Of a stretch of 64,000 nucleotides of DNA, positions 62,561-64,000 are shown in pieces; the first letter of the stretch is position 1, and every line of letters starts with the position of its first letter. Where the stretch lies: assembly GCF_947568905.1 (NCBI RefSeq), contig NC_079164.1, positions 32,612,001-32,676,000 of the forward strand. The letters run 5' to 3'. The stretch comes from Ostrea edulis (Eukaryota). A model generated the notes under the pieces. It made no database searches and was not told where the DNA came from. It saw only the letters and a program-made list of their open reading frames with translations. Made by a program: the position numbers and the translations under genes.

Positions 62561-62753
62561 CAATCTGATTAAAATCAGATCCTCGATCCGCTCCTCTTTC
62601 TTATTCTCTTTTTTTTTTTCTTCTTGTCGCTACACCAGTGTACACAAGGATCTGAAGAAATCCCGTTTGGGGTCACCTCGTGTAGCGACTAGAAAGAAGA
62701 AAAAAAAGATGAAGAAAGAGGAGCGGATCGAGGATCTGATTTTAATCAGATTG
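62561..62753. mobile_element. MULE-like MITE
   Basis: 42-bp perfect TIR (caatctgattaaaatcagatcctcgatccgctcctctttctt); 9-bp TSD tcttagttt / tcttaattt (one mismatch). Confidence 0.85.
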
Positions 62754-63247
62754 TCTTAATTTTTACTTTTTTCTCCGCTTTCCAAGAAAAGGAAGGGGGG
62801 AAATGCAACGGACCAGACCGGGACTCCTGAATCTCTATAGTGACGTGCTATCTGGCCACCGGCGATCGAACCCGGCCGACCGCTACTCTATGATAAGACA
62901 CTCCGTCCCCTTTCGTAAAATCCTGGATCCGCCACTGAGGTATTGCCGAAGTTAACTTTTCTTAAATGTAGATCAAACTTAAGGTAAAAAACTTTGGAAC
63001 CAAAAGAAAGGTCTTGTATCAAGAATTGAACATCTGAAATATGAGAGCTTTACCACTCACCATTCAAATGTAATGAACAAAGTTGACAGTAGCTCCACCC
63101 TCATGTGACTAATTATCAATATTGATGGTTGAAATTAAGGTGGATCGATCCTTATGTGATGTCATAGGTTTGCAAGATCTTTAGTTATTTAAACTTTGCG
63201 CATCATAGAAATATACCTTTAATAGGAATCTTAAACACTGGATAAAA

Positions 63248-64000
63248 TAACAAGAGGTCCATGGGCCACATTGCTCATCTAAGTCCCATTGTTCAGTTGT
63301 TGTAATTTTAAAAAGTTTTTTTTTATCAATCTTTATTCCCATGAAAATTTTTGACCCCATATTGTGGTCCCAACCTAGCCACAAGGATCACAACATAACT
63401 GAAAATGAATTCACATAATACAGAGACGCCTCAACACCAATGTGACTGACTTGGTCTTAATGTTCTGGATAAGACTAAGGTCACTGCATGGTCATGGTAT
63501 GATTTGAAGACCTTTCCATAAGAAATCTATATACAGAATATGAAAGCTCTATCTTTACATAGTGATTTTGAATAGGTAAGATTTTTATCAAAAGTAGGTC
63601 AAACTTCCAGGTCAAGGTCACGCTTCACAAAATACTAAGGTTGTGCCATAAAGAACCTAAATACTACATATGAAAGCCCTACCTTAAATAGTTAAGAAGA
63701 TATTGAATAGGTCAGGGATTTTTTTAAAAGTAGGTCAAACTCCAAGGTCAAAACATCAAACACCATTGTGTACAAGGTCTTGCCATAGAGAATCTATATA
63801 CAAAATATGAAAGCCCAACCAAAAATACTTTCGGATATTTTAATAGGTTATGTTGTCTTAAAGGTAGGTCAAACTAAGAGTTCAAGGTCAAAGATCATGA
63901 TATGAAATGAAAGGTCTTGCCTAAGAAATATATATACAAGCTATGAAAGATCTACCTTAGATAGTTCAGGACATATATGTAGGTCAGATTTGTGGTAAAA
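63248..64000 (+). mobile_element. HINE (same family as 8264), cut by the window end
   Basis: Head aacaagaggtccatgggccacattgctc, then ~150-bp satellite-type units. Confidence 0.75.

Noticed and set aside
1-64000. tRNA, rRNA or snRNA genes
   Set aside because: None recognised. The SINE copies lack their tRNA-derived heads. A tRNAscan-SE/Infernal run would be needed to exclude them formally.

Overview
AT-rich, repeat-dense animal genomic DNA. The repeat families (Helentron/HINE satellite carriers, Meta/Deu-type SINE, Naiad Penelope-like elements, Cryptons) point to a bivalve, probably an oyster; this is inference, not a database result. Two host genes are clear. (1) OPA1 (mitochondrial dynamin-like GTPase) lies on the minus strand, CDS 49270 to 17903. 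I mapped 28 coding exons by hand with GT-AG boundaries, plus one tentative exon. The 24 exons from 42142 to 17903 join in frame (753 aa + stop). At least one short exon in the variable N-terminal region is unresolved. (2) A divergent 14-3-3 with an intronless CDS lies at 59576-60331 (+). An orphan reading frame with a single internal stop sits at 4309-5133. The rest is mobile and repetitive DNA: an intact Tc1 (DD34E, perfect 40-bp TIRs, TA TSD), two decayed Crypton tyrosine-recombinase elements each ending in a long hairpin, an L2/Crack-like LINE with an esterase ORF1, a tandem-plus-inverted Naiad locus, many HINEs and MITEs (three with CAG/CAT ends and 5-bp TSDs), SINEs and minisatellites. 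The most unusual observation is that two OPA1 introns carry tandem arrays that duplicate the 3' splice site itself: 8 x 30 bp, and 5 x ~86 bp that make up nearly a whole intron. Every decoy in the 30-bp array, and the decoy I translated in the 86-bp array, leads quickly to a stop codon.
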